Made by a program: the position numbers and the translations under genes
Part shown: in pieces, positions 25,201-36,031 of the stretch
Layout: every line of letters starts with the position of its first letter
Position numbering within the stretch: position 1 is the first letter of the stretch
From: Bugula neritina
Lineage: Eukaryota > Animalia > Bryozoa
Assembly: GCA_964035545.1 (NCBI GenBank)
Contig: OZ037767.1
Coordinates: 1,127,680 to 1,191,679 of the forward strand
Direction: 5' to 3'
Length of the DNA: 64,000 bases
The notes under the pieces: model-generated
What the model was told of the DNA's origin: nothing
Database searches by the model: none
Seen by the model: the letters and a program-made list of their open reading frames with translations, nothing else

Positions 25201-28200
25201 AGCTACGAAATTTCATCAATAGAACCATTACATGATCTAAAAAATGTTATCAACAAAATTTTAAAAGAACTACCTAAAGCTGCAAAGAATAAAGAACTCA
25301 AGGAAAAATTGACCAATCTTGTTTCAGACATTGAAGGTGAGTAGAGATTCTAACTTGCTAGTAGAAATTGCTAACACACATTTTCAATATTGTCTATATC
25401 AAAATTAAATAGCCATTTCAAAAACAATTATAAACCTATACAAACATGAATTATAGCTCAAAATAGAGAAATGAAGGGAACAGAATGCCGGCTTAATTTG
25501 GTAAAAGTTACCATCATGCTACAAGATTTCCAGCACACTGAAGATGGGAGAGCCATGTACGTTATGCTAGCAGCATTGACAGAGCTGCAAAGTTTGGCAT
25601 ACATGTGTGACACTAATAGATGTCCTAGAACAATCCTCAGGGCATATAATCAAAGTTTTCTTTTTGCCATTAAGTGCATGGAACTATTTGAAAACCCAGA
25701 AACTTGCACCAAGCGCGCTATGTTTGGGATGCCCTTCCATTGCCTTTCAGTGCACTTGCCTGAAACATTGAGACTTGTTTCAGGCAGATCATTAGTAGCC
25801 GAACACGCTGAAAGGCACTTTTATAAACTAAGGTGCGTACTAAAAAATAATACTAGTACAACAGGAATTTATGCAAAGTTTGTCCACTCACTTGAAAATG
25901 AATGCAAATAGCTTACTATAGGGGTGCTGTAGAAAGAACTCAGACCTATTTAAATTCAGCCCTGATAATATTACTGTGATCTATGAAAACAGTATTGTTT
26001 TAGGGAACTAACGCTGAGGTGCTCCAATAGAAAATCGCAAAGTATTATAGCAAGTGCTATGTTTAGAATAGTGGTAGAAAGAAAGGCTGCTGATGATGCC
26101 ATTACCAGCTACGGCAGACAGGAGCACACTATCTCCAATGCATGTAGTGGCCTTAGCCTAGGACACCACACCATATTCTCAAACAAGTAGGTCACTGTCT
26201 GATAAGTAAGAATAGTAGCTACTTTGTTGTGTATGATATTGCTACTAAACACAGGCAAATATGCTACTTAAAAGTCTATCACTATCTTTACACTAGTTTC
26301 CTCAAAGCTCATAGGACAGCAACACTTCACCATTTCCGACGAATTGCTGACTTTCTAGAAATTGGAGAAGGAGTTTGGTTCAAGGTACATGATGGGGGAG
26401 TAGAGTTCAAGGATGGAAAAAACTGCCCAGACAACTACAATTCAGGGCCAATATTAACTCATTTCAGGTAAATATCTTAACTACCTATATACCACTATAC
26501 ATCATATATTGTATATATCATACAACAAAAGTAGACTGTTTCTTCCTAAAAATTAATCAAAGAAAATAAAATTAATTAAAGAAAATAAGCTTCCACTTGA
26601 AGAAAATTAAATGGAAATTCTTTACAACTTGAATCTAAATTGCATGTCCTAGCTTGAAAAAAATTGCATACAAAATTTGAACAGCTACTATCTAATTTTT
26701 ATTAATTCTAAGCAGTACGTTTTATTTAACATATTTGGTAACCACCAGAAAATTTTTTGTTAGATCGAGAAACATGAAAGACATTAACAACATGCTGAAG
26801 ACAAGCTGGGAGTTTTGCATCAGAAATAAAAACTCATTAAAAATTCCACTTTTGTGTGACATGCTGACAGATAAGAAGACAGCTGATAAGCAAGGTAAAA
26901 TATTCTTTTGAAATATATATATATATACACACACACACACATATATATATATATAGTTATTTATATGTTAATTACAAGCAATTTGAAAAATGAGCAATAA
27001 TTTTCTTCTGCCTAAAATGTCTATTGATAAAATTTTAACAGTGTCAAGAAAATATGAAGAAATCAAGCCTGCTATAAGCAATGTGTTGAGGAGTTTGGCA
27101 GAGGACAAGCATAAAGAAGTAGAGAACTCTATTGCTGTTTCTGCATCCAATACCTTGAATGAAACAGATGAGAAGCTTGATGAATCTTCATATGTGTGTG
27201 CTGTACCATTGTTGACACAATGTAAGTAATTTTAGATGCTGCCTCCCAATTTTAAAATTACTTATCAAGTTGAAATACATCAAATACACTGAGAAAAAAT
27301 TATTTTAAATTGGCAGGCCAGACAGAGGTACCAAGCATTTTGCCTAAGAAACTTCAACAAAAGAACACAGTTACTGGTACGTTGCTTTAAGTATGGTTAT
27401 CATACACATATAACATACTTATTTTCAGTAACATAAGTTATAGTCATTTAGATTTAGAAAATAGAACCATGCAGCTACTATAATGACTTCAGGGCAGCCA
27501 ATGCACTCACATGTAATCTGAAATAATTAGAATCACCCTGGTGTTTTACAGCATATATTTCTGCCCACCTTACTTGCAATCAGTTGTTTTTCAATTTTAG
27601 ATGCTATGAGGAGTCTATGGCCTTACAGTAAAACGATTTTAGAAAGCTTTCTTTCAGCTAAACACCGGTTTAAACAACATAACTCTTGCGTTAATAAATT
27701 AATGTTGAAATCTGCAAGCCTTAAAGTAAAGCCATATTTCTTGAAATTTGTTAAAATATTAGAGGAAGAAGAAAAAGCAAAAACCATAAGCAAGTTCAGA
27801 GATAGAGGACTGATTTCTATGGAAAGTAACTCAGAAGACAATTGGAAGATTAAAATTATTAATTATTGGTTGAATCAAATTAATGAGTTTCTATAATAAA
27901 ATTATTCGCATCCTTTTTTTCTATTTTTTTTTCTAACTTTAAGAAAAATAAACCTAAAGGTGAAACCAAATCAATATCAAAAGATGAAACTATTTTTTCT
28001 GAAGTGTAATTCAACATCACTAAACATGTTTGTTCTAGTTCAACATCATTATGATTAATATTATGACATGAGTCTTACAGTTAGTGTTATTGATACTCAT
28101 ACTGATACTCAGTCTCATGTCGATACTCAGTCTCATGTCGATACTCATAGCTGATGACTTTTATTAGATACGTCATTGCCAGTAACAAAATGAATACAAA

Positions 28201-31200
28201 TATATAAAAAATTTAATGAATAATAATTATAATAATAATATACATTATATTAAATTAAAATAATACTAATAGTAATAGTAAATAATAAAAAATTATTATT
28301 AAAAATTACTAATATATTACTATTAGTATTAGCCGTAATACTAATACTAATAACTATAAGATCATCACTATGAATATTATGTGAGTATTTGCTGAAAAAT
28401 TTACTTACCCTGTCCCGCAAAAAATACTTTCACTGTTGTATAATTCCAATCTCAGTTTGTCACTTGGAGAGTGAGAATAATATGAACACGCAGACAGTAC
28501 CCAGCTATCGCACTTTGTACACTGTATAGGCAGGGATGTAGTGGTACCCATACGGTCCCATACGCCGTATGGCCTAGAAGAAAATAGGCTGTTCTTGGCC
28601 ATACGCCCGTATGGGCATATTTTTGAAAGATGATTAGTGCACAGGATAGTTAGGGCATCCTCACTGAGAATATTATCATAAATTTCGCTCACAATCTAGT
28701 TTAGGTTCTTGTTATGTTAATGCTATGTGGGTGGCATGCGTGTTGCCTACTTGTGATTGTTTAGCTTGAGATTACACTATGAATAATATGCAGCTATCAA
28801 CATTCCATCTTCTCATCTCTCCATGTTCATTGAAGCGCGAAGTGCTGTGCATTGGTGATTACTAAGGAAAAAATTTTCATTTTCAGTGTATAAATCACTA
28901 ATTTGTAGAAAATCTATGGAGGCTATTGAAAAGATAAAAATACATGCTATGCATAAATTTCTCAGGTTTCCGACAGTGTTGGTTTTATTCGAATACCATG
29001 CTTTCCTGCTGAGATATTTGGCAGGGATTGAAAAATAAACTTCTCAAGTAAAATTGGCTAAAAATGAGTAGATTTTTGTCTACAACTTTGCAATAAAAAA
29101 ATTGAAAACTCGAAAATGCAGGTGCTCTGAGGAAGATCTAAAATTTTAATTCTAGGCTTTCTAGCACAATTAAGTATACGATTTTATTTTGCGGGATTGA
29201 ATTCTTATAATATACTAATAATTAATGTGGCCTCAGCAAGGCAGTGACAGCTAGAAAGTTGCCCTTAGCTATCTTGTGTGGACTTGAATTTTGTCAATAA
29301 GCAATGAAATTTGGAAAAAAACCAACATGAAATCCAGAAATAAAATCAAAATGTCTTCAGGAAACAGTACCAGGTGTGTAGGAGAGGTTAATGAAAATTT
29401 ATCACTGAGGTCTACAGGTACTATATCCACATTTTGGTCAAAAACCTAGCAGCGTTATTGCATGTTCATGTTAATGATTTTTTTTGCAAACTGTATACCG
29501 CCATAAGTAACCTTTTATGTCTGGTTGTACTAACGTCTGGCTTTACATTTAATCATCTTCTAGAATCTAGGCTAACACATATTAAACCTGTCAAATTTGT
29601 TCTTTTGGGGTATATTTCTTTGATGTGTCTAGTGGAAGCTCAGGGGTTTTACTTTAAAACCAAGTTAACATACTCTTCTTTGGTGTGTTTTATTGTGTGC
29701 AAGGAGGTGTGGTGGTATCTCCCTATGGATTAGACTAGTGCTCTAATAAACTCCAAATAGGTTTTCTACCAATTTCTGCTTGCCAATGAGATATCAATTC
29801 AAATTGCTTTTTCTGATTTGCAATCTTCCTCTGTTCTGATAAATAATTCTTTTTCTGTCCACGTCAGTGTATTAAATATTTGAAGTAATCAGGTTGCATT
29901 TGGAGAGCACTTGTTACCTGCCTCTATCCTCCCATTTTTTTGAGATCTTCAGCAATATTTCTGTACAGGTTGGACTTAGTGTCAGTTGAGTAAGACTACA
30001 TTTAAAATTACAGTCAACAGGTATGGCACAATACTGAATATTTATATAGTTTGCAGCAATGCACAGACGTCGTGTAGCTGGTATGGCATGAAAATAATAG
30101 CAAGGTGCACATTTCAACACAGATTTTTTTCAGAAGAATTATAATTCACAATGGCTTTGAATTGCATAAATTTACATCAGAAGGGCTTCGGCGGCGGGGC
30201 GCTGCCCCGGACCCCGCCGGGGGCCTGGGCGGCCCCCTGGACCCCGGCCTGAGAGTATGGCCATGAATATTTTTACCACTACATCCCTGTGTATAGGTCG
30301 CGAATAATGAGCCAATGTAATGGATTCTCATCCTCATTATTATAATTACTGTTGCGTATGTTTTGAATGCTGTAATTGTAGCTAAGTTGGGCTAGCTTTC
30401 TAATGCCTTATTATTGTGATTGTTGTTAAAGCTTTCAGTATAATGTAATTTTCATGAAATACGCATTCCAGAGTTATTTCCTCTTTTTGCTATTTTATCG
30501 TTTTGCATTAATACTGATACTGGAAATTTGTGTGGCTTTTATGAATACCTTCAATACATAGGTTGGCCTATTGAATTATTCGTTTTCCTTTGTCTACTTT
30601 TCTTTTGTTTCTGTCAAGCTTAACTTTCTTTTGTCTGTTGGAACATTCTAGATGTGAATTCTTGTGTATAAAAGCAGGCGAATTTCCAGTATAGTTCAGA
30701 CTACTACTGGAGCTCGCTGGTAGTTGGGCCCTAAGCTGTATCTGATACAATAAAGGTTATCCTTATTTGTACTCAAATACTTGGCTTATTCTCTCTACCA
30801 CAAAGAGTATGTTCAGGCACTAGTTGCATTCATAACCCACAGTTTACTACACCATAAATACAGCAATTTGCTTGAAGTCTCAGTATGTTCAGGAGTGGAT
30901 GTTTCATATTTTATAACCCCCCCCCCCATTCAATATATAAACTCCCCATTCTAATTTTTTACTTTTGCGTTGTATTTACATGAATTATATTACGTTATTT
31001 AATTAATAATAGTTTAAGAAATATGCTGCAATTTTAGATAAAGTTACTTTTTCTAAATTAGGTTATTGTTTACTTCTCCCCCTAGCGTCACGACATCCTA
31101 CGCGCTCTTTTGACATTAGTACAATCACGCATTCAAAGCTTATCATAACATTGTCAACATTGCATTGCATAAGCAGAGAGCTAGTAGCTAGTAACTAGTA

Positions 31201-31931
31201 ATAAGTGCGTTGGTGTCTTCTCACCTCTACGTGTTCAACGAAGCGCGAAGTGATGCGCACTGCTAATTCCTCAGGGAAAAATATAGCATTTTCAGTGTAT
31301 AAATCACTAATTTATGAGAAATCTAGTAAGGTTATTGAAAAAATAAAAAAACTTACACTGGAGAAATATCTCAGGATTCCAACCGTGCAATTTTTATTCA
31401 GATATCATGTTTTACTGCTGAGATATTTTACTGGTACTGAAAAGTCAGCTTTTCAGCCAAAATTGGCCAAAATTGGGCAGTTTTTTGTCTATAACTTTGC
31501 AAAAAAAGTGAAAATTGAAAATTCCAAAAAAGTTGCACTGAAGAAAAAGAAGATCTACAACATAGTTTTTAAATTTTGGCTCTAGCACAATTAGGGGAGA
31601 TTTTATTTTACTGGTACTGAATTCTTATATGATTACAATGCAAACCTCAGTGAGGCAGTTGCAGCTAAAAGGTTGCCCTTAACTATCCTGTGTAATTCCT
31701 CGTGGAAACATAGTAGCTTGATAACCCTTGCTCTTTAAATATCTATCTTTAATAGACCAGCTGAGCAACTTGTATTTAATATTTTAGGAATATTTGGAAG
31801 AACTAGAAAAGAAGAAACACAAACTCACGCCAATCAGTTTTCCGCCAGTTACAGAGTCGGTCTGCTCGCACAACGGAGCCATCTTTGGTGTCGGTGACTT
31901 CAGGAGGTTAGGAGGAGCTGATGGTTTTTAA
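13203..31931 (+). CDS. GGT: Gamma-glutamyl transpeptidase / glutathione hydrolase (multi-exon)
   Basis: Exons encode GGSAVDAAIA, SGIGGGGFM, DYRETAP, IAVPGE, GT-SQISV (autocleavage Thr), NNHMDDFS, PGKRPLSAM, GGSGG, PRLHNQLLP; last exon 31788-31931 (..GDFRRLGGADGF*) joins the phase-0 donor at 18738; first exon 13203-13239 is tentative. Confidence 0.9.
17056..17130 (+). mobile_element. tRNA-derived SINE-like fragment in a GGT intron
   Basis: GTGGCCCCTGCGGTGTAACGGTTAGGGCGCC head, similar to the copy at 59395. Confidence 0.5.
20340..27896 (+). CDS. 16-exon divergent DDE transposase, ~1181 aa (CMC/Transib/RAG1-type core)
   Basis: Exons 20340-21209, 21538-21771, 21919-22075, 23571-23669, 23769-23857, 24081-24312, 24493-24665, 24766-24865, 25142-25336, 25457-25832, 26004-26186, 26297-26467, 26764-26894, 27042-27221, 27317-27376, 27601-27896 sum to 3546 nt in one frame; motifs WHD, FSGDSPAR..GG.FPCxC, IEPLHD, MKGTECR, FHxxxxH, AEHAER; exon-6 acceptor is AA, not AG. 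Confidence 0.8.
22397..23476. mobile_element. Non-autonomous inverted-repeat element in transposase intron 3
   Basis: CCGAAGGTGCATTAGTCTGAAAATTGGTAG (ends 22481) is inverted at 23440-23469; left arm has tandem 16-bp ATTCCGAAGGTGCATT units; exact termini and TSD not resolved. Confidence 0.6.
22496..22790 (+). mobile_element. Degenerate internal fragment of the CACAGG MITE family
   Basis: Shares CACTGAGAATAT.., GTGGGTGGCATGCGTGT.GCCTAC and CTATCAACATTCCA blocks with 28640-29278. Confidence 0.7.
28531..30289. mobile_element. Non-autonomous hAT-type element
   Basis: 16-bp TIR CAGGGATGTAGTGGTA / TACCACTACATCCCTG; perfect 8-bp TSD TGTATAGG (28523-28530, 30290-30297); subterminal CCATACG/CGTATGG repeats and a GC-rich tract at about 30183-30250. 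Confidence 0.92.
28640..29278 (+). mobile_element. 639-bp MITE of the CACAGG family, nested in the hAT
   Basis: CACAGGATAGTT-AGGGCATCC ... TTGCCCTTAGCTATCTTGTG; 2-bp TSD TG|...|TG; left part resembles 18895-19020 and right part resembles 31218-31692. Confidence 0.88.
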
Positions 31932-33866
31932 AAATGAAAAAAGTGGGAAACCATCAATTTATGTATATAAAAATACGTATTTATTAATTTATTTCAAATC
32001 ACTGAAGCAAGGCTAAGACTATTCTGTAATTGGTGTATATTATTTATATCTCCGTTACACGATTTTTTGCACCAAATCATTAAATTTTCTGTGTATATAT
32101 TTTGTACATTAAGACGAAATGCAGCATTTTTATGCAAATAATTAATTTATTTTCGTGCACTGATGAGAGAATTATAAAATTTAGTGCTAGACATTCTATT
32201 TATTTACTTTATTTATAGCAATAAGTACATCATTAATCAACTTCTAAATAAAACATGAAACAATCCACATCTATCAAGTGTTCTTGAGTGCTCATAACAA
32301 CTAGAAACATTAACTGGCCAATCATAGATCTCATAAATAAGTGAAAACATTAGCTGTTGATACTCTGTGCGCAGCTTCTTAAAAACACAACAAAATGCCT
32401 GCATACTACGGACTTTCGTTCTACTATTTTACTAATCTAAGTGTATGCTTGAAGTATACATATACACTCTGCCATAAAGTTTTAAATACCCTAAGAGCGG
32501 ACTACAGTAGTGAAAACTATACACAAAGTGATGAGAACAGTCCAGTAAATGGTAATAAATGAAATTATGATAGAACATGACTATAGAGATCAAAGAGATT
32601 AATATAACTTAATAGACTTACTCACCTGGTAGAAAGAAGTTTAGATATGTAATCCAAAGTTCTAAGCTGGTTGTAAATTTACTATAATCTGCAAAAACTG
32701 ACAGTGAAATCTGTTCATAAACTTGATCCCTGTGAGATAATTCCATATAAGGGCAGTTGGCACCTATTCATGATTTTATAAGGCAAAGTAATAAAGTTAA
32801 TTCTTTATTGTGTCAGACTTTCTAAATATGCATCCATTGAAGCACGCAACAGCTAAACGAATTCGCATATAATATATCTCTATATAGCATATATATCTCT
32901 ATAGCATATGTATCTTTATAGAATATATCTCTATAGTCTATAATCTATATAGTTGATGATTTGGTTCATTCATCATTACAAGTCCTGATTGAAAACAAGT
33001 TGTTTTATATTTTTTATTTATTAAGTTGCTATCGTTAAAAACTGTTCCACTACAACCACTATGCTGCTTATATGTGTAAGGAAAGGTTTTGCAGTGTGCA
33101 TGTTTCTTTTATACACATCAGCTAGTAAAACCATTTAATATTACTTGAAATTTATATTCTCCCCCAACTTTTCTAGCAAGTCAAACACAACTAAGAACCA
33201 AATTTTATAAATTTCTATGGAATTATGTTTAAATAGTTAGAGAACTGCTCTAATAGAGTTATTGTGTTCGTACGATAAGAGTATGCATGTAGTGTTGTGC
33301 TCATATATCTATATTTAATTACTGACTGCGGAACAGCTACATTAATTTTTTAGTCACCGTTGCTGGTTTGGAAGTTCTTCGACGCAATATATCATATGCA
33401 GATAAAAATACCAGACTCCCTAAAATATTAAACTCGTATAACATAAGATGCTGTATGTAGACTACCAGCATCTCCATCATTCCTATTGTTATATTAATGT
33501 CTATACTCTTCGTCACCTTTCTACGAACCATCACAACCCTGTATGTACCATGGGGCTAGAAATAGGGCAGCGGACTTTGGACCTTGTTTTTACTTATTTT
33601 TTTAAGAACACAGTTATAGTTAGAATTAAGTAACAAAGACCATAAACTATACAGTAATTTTAAGTAAATTCTGCAACCAAATACAGTGCAAGTGTTATCA
33701 CCTTAGTTATATATAAACAATTCTTAACTTGATACATTTCTAAGTAGATTAGAATAATGAGAGTATGCAAATCAATGAACTGGAAAAGTTCAGAGAGGCA
33801 AATAGTGTATTGAAATACTGATTTGAAAATATACTCATTAAGTTTATTGTCCTTGTTAAAGGGTGC

Positions 33867-33994
33867 TGTATTATATAGCTGTGTTATATAGCTGTATTAT
33901 ATAGCTGTATTATATAACTGTAGTATATAGCTGTATTATATAGCTGTATTATATAACTGTAGTATATAGCTGTATTATATAGCTGTATTATATA
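33867..33994. repeat. 13-bp tandem repeat (TGTATTATATAGC)
   Basis: About 9-10 near-identical units. Confidence 0.9.
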
Positions 33995-34650
33995 ATGTAG
34001 AAGTGACCCTACATATTTGTACAGATGTGTAGGATACAAGGCTATGGCGTGTTGCCCAAGAACCTTAGGTAATAGTCATACGAGTTCAAGTATTCCTACC
34101 TCTGCTCACCTAATTCTATATTTGTCATAGGTTAATGCAGACTATCCTACTTACTGCCCCAGACCCACCCTTTAATTAGACCAATCACAATCGTGGTACC
34201 CAGCTATACCCCTATTATTCATGACTTACTTACATAAGTTTACATGGTATCTATGTTTTCTATATGTCCTAAAACCATGACAGTTTATAGAATAATTTAA
34301 TTTTCATAATAGTTAGTACGTAACAGCTAATATTTATTATTGCTCTAATGTTTGTTTTCTTGATATTAATTATTTATTAATACAAACAGACAGGAATAAA
34401 GGTGTCACATGATCAGCTAAAGCATGACTCATCTCTGTTGGCTCTATTTATAGACTACCAGTAACTCCATCATTCTTACCAGAAAATTAATTCTACATTT
34501 TGCCCAGCCATATAGATTTTTTTTGCCAAGTGTAGCAACTTTAATATAAGCTCTATTCTATAGTTGATAGCAAGTGACTGTAAATATATAGTTTAGAATT
34601 GACTATAATTTGGTCTATATATGGTTATATTCATATTCGTATTTTTATTC

Positions 34651-34748
34651 GTGCGTGCGCGTGCGTGTGTGTGCGCGTGTGCGCGTGTGTGCGTGTGTGT
34701 GTGTGTGAGTGTGGGTGTGTGTGCGTGATTGAGTGAGTGTGTGTGTGT
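34651..34748. repeat. (GT)n-type compound microsatellite
   Basis: gtgcgtgtgtgt tract. Confidence 0.9.
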
Positions 34749-36031
34749 CAGGCAGACTAGACTAATGCTCAGACTAATCACTTCACTGTGTTAAATGTGA
34801 CTGCATTTCTTATCTCCTGCATTAGCCACCAACAACTGATAAATGTTGTGTATATATTAGCATTTTTGTTCTTTACTTTTTACTCAATACATTTTTTGTT
34901 TATGCACTTTTGTTATGTATTTTTTTATAGTGTAGTTCTTATGCATATACTTGTTGCTAATTTATTTTTGGTCACGAAGTTTCACCTTACTATCATAATA
35001 CAATATCAGTTGCTATATTATTGTGAACGGGAGTTGTCTTTCTATTTGTATCATAAACTTCACAGAAAGTATGCGAAATCACTGAACTGGAAAAATTATT
35101 TTTAGTTCAGTGTGCGAGATGAGCGAGTTTTCCGCCAGCCACATATTACTATATCGTAATCTATATATTTTAGTCCGATCTAGTGTTTGATTAGTTACTG
35201 CTTCACACGTGCGTTTATTTATATTTTTTCCAATCAATAAAGTGATCTTGAAAGACCTAAACTAAAACTTAAAGTTTTAGTTAACCTTAAAGCCAAACTT
35301 AACTCATTAGACTTGGTCATTAGTTTTTAGGAATAAAGTGTTGGACTCATCTATTATCTATGATCTAATTTTATAGTCAATAATAATAATTGATGATTAT
35401 AGTTAAAAAAAAATAATGGTAATCTCAAATTTGAATTATATTTATTGGTAATCTCAAATTTGAATTATTATGATTATCATTATGATTATCATAATTAATA
35501 TTATATTTATTATGATTATCACAATGTTATTGCTATAGCATTGCTATTACTGTTAGGTTGATCATTAGCATTATAATTATCGTTATATTTATTATGATTA
35601 TAAATATAAGTTTTTTACATTTTTACACATTGATCTTTTATAGTTATACTATTACTTTTACTTTTAGTTAGACTTGGTGGCTGTGACTATCAGTATCTCA
35701 ATATGTATGTTATTATTAATATTACGTGTGGATTGATTGTTAACGGGACTCTCAAAGTAATTTTTTTATACAATTACATGCATGTAGACTTGGTCGATTA
35801 TTAGAATTCAATATTTTTATTTTCACTTTACTTTCTTTGTTATTATAATTATGTTCAGCTGTATTTACTTCATAAATAATTATCTTATCGATTTTTTATT
35901 GACAGTAGCTATAACTTTAAGGCAGACTCAATCATGTGATCTACATTCTATATGGCTTTCTTTTATTAGTAATTAATTAGGTATATTTATATAAGGTTTT
36001 AGATAGGACACCAAGGCCATCGTTGTACAAT

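Larger units (their letters stand above)
28405..30741 (-). pseudogene. Decayed convergent gene of the large element with a probable C-terminal PHD finger
   Basis: Removing the hAT brings ..NEDENPLHW (about 30315-30340) next to IQCTKCDSWVLSAC..IFCGTG* (28405-28530), with a frame change; upstream basic exon-like segment about 30550-30741 with an in-frame TAG. Confidence 0.45.
18895..31692 (+). mobile_element. 12.8-kb TIR DNA transposon (CMC/EnSpm-like; CAC termini, 2-bp TSD) in the last GGT intron
   Basis: CACAGGATAGTTAAGGGCA at 18895 and its exact inverse ending at 31692; flanked TA|...|TA; removing it leaves a 249-bp intron; encodes a DDE transposase. Confidence 0.9.

Noticed and set aside
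29730-30120. Transposase or captured-gene remnant inside the hAT (minus-strand QKKNYLSEQRK..HWQAEIGRKP)
   Set aside because: Short, stop-interrupted and without a motif I can recognise
31205-31585. 126-aa ORF near the transposon right end
   Set aside because: Lies in subterminal sequence whose MITE homologue (about 28810-29160) has no comparable ORF in the track; no recognisable motif
18895-31692. Bona fide ProtoRAG/RAG1L-RAG2L or Transib transposon
   Set aside because: The TSD is 2 bp, not 5 bp (flanks TATTA vs TAATT); no kelch repeats, RING or nonamer-like element seen; DSPAR and KGTECR look closer to EnSpm-type motifs. Kept only as an architectural analogy.
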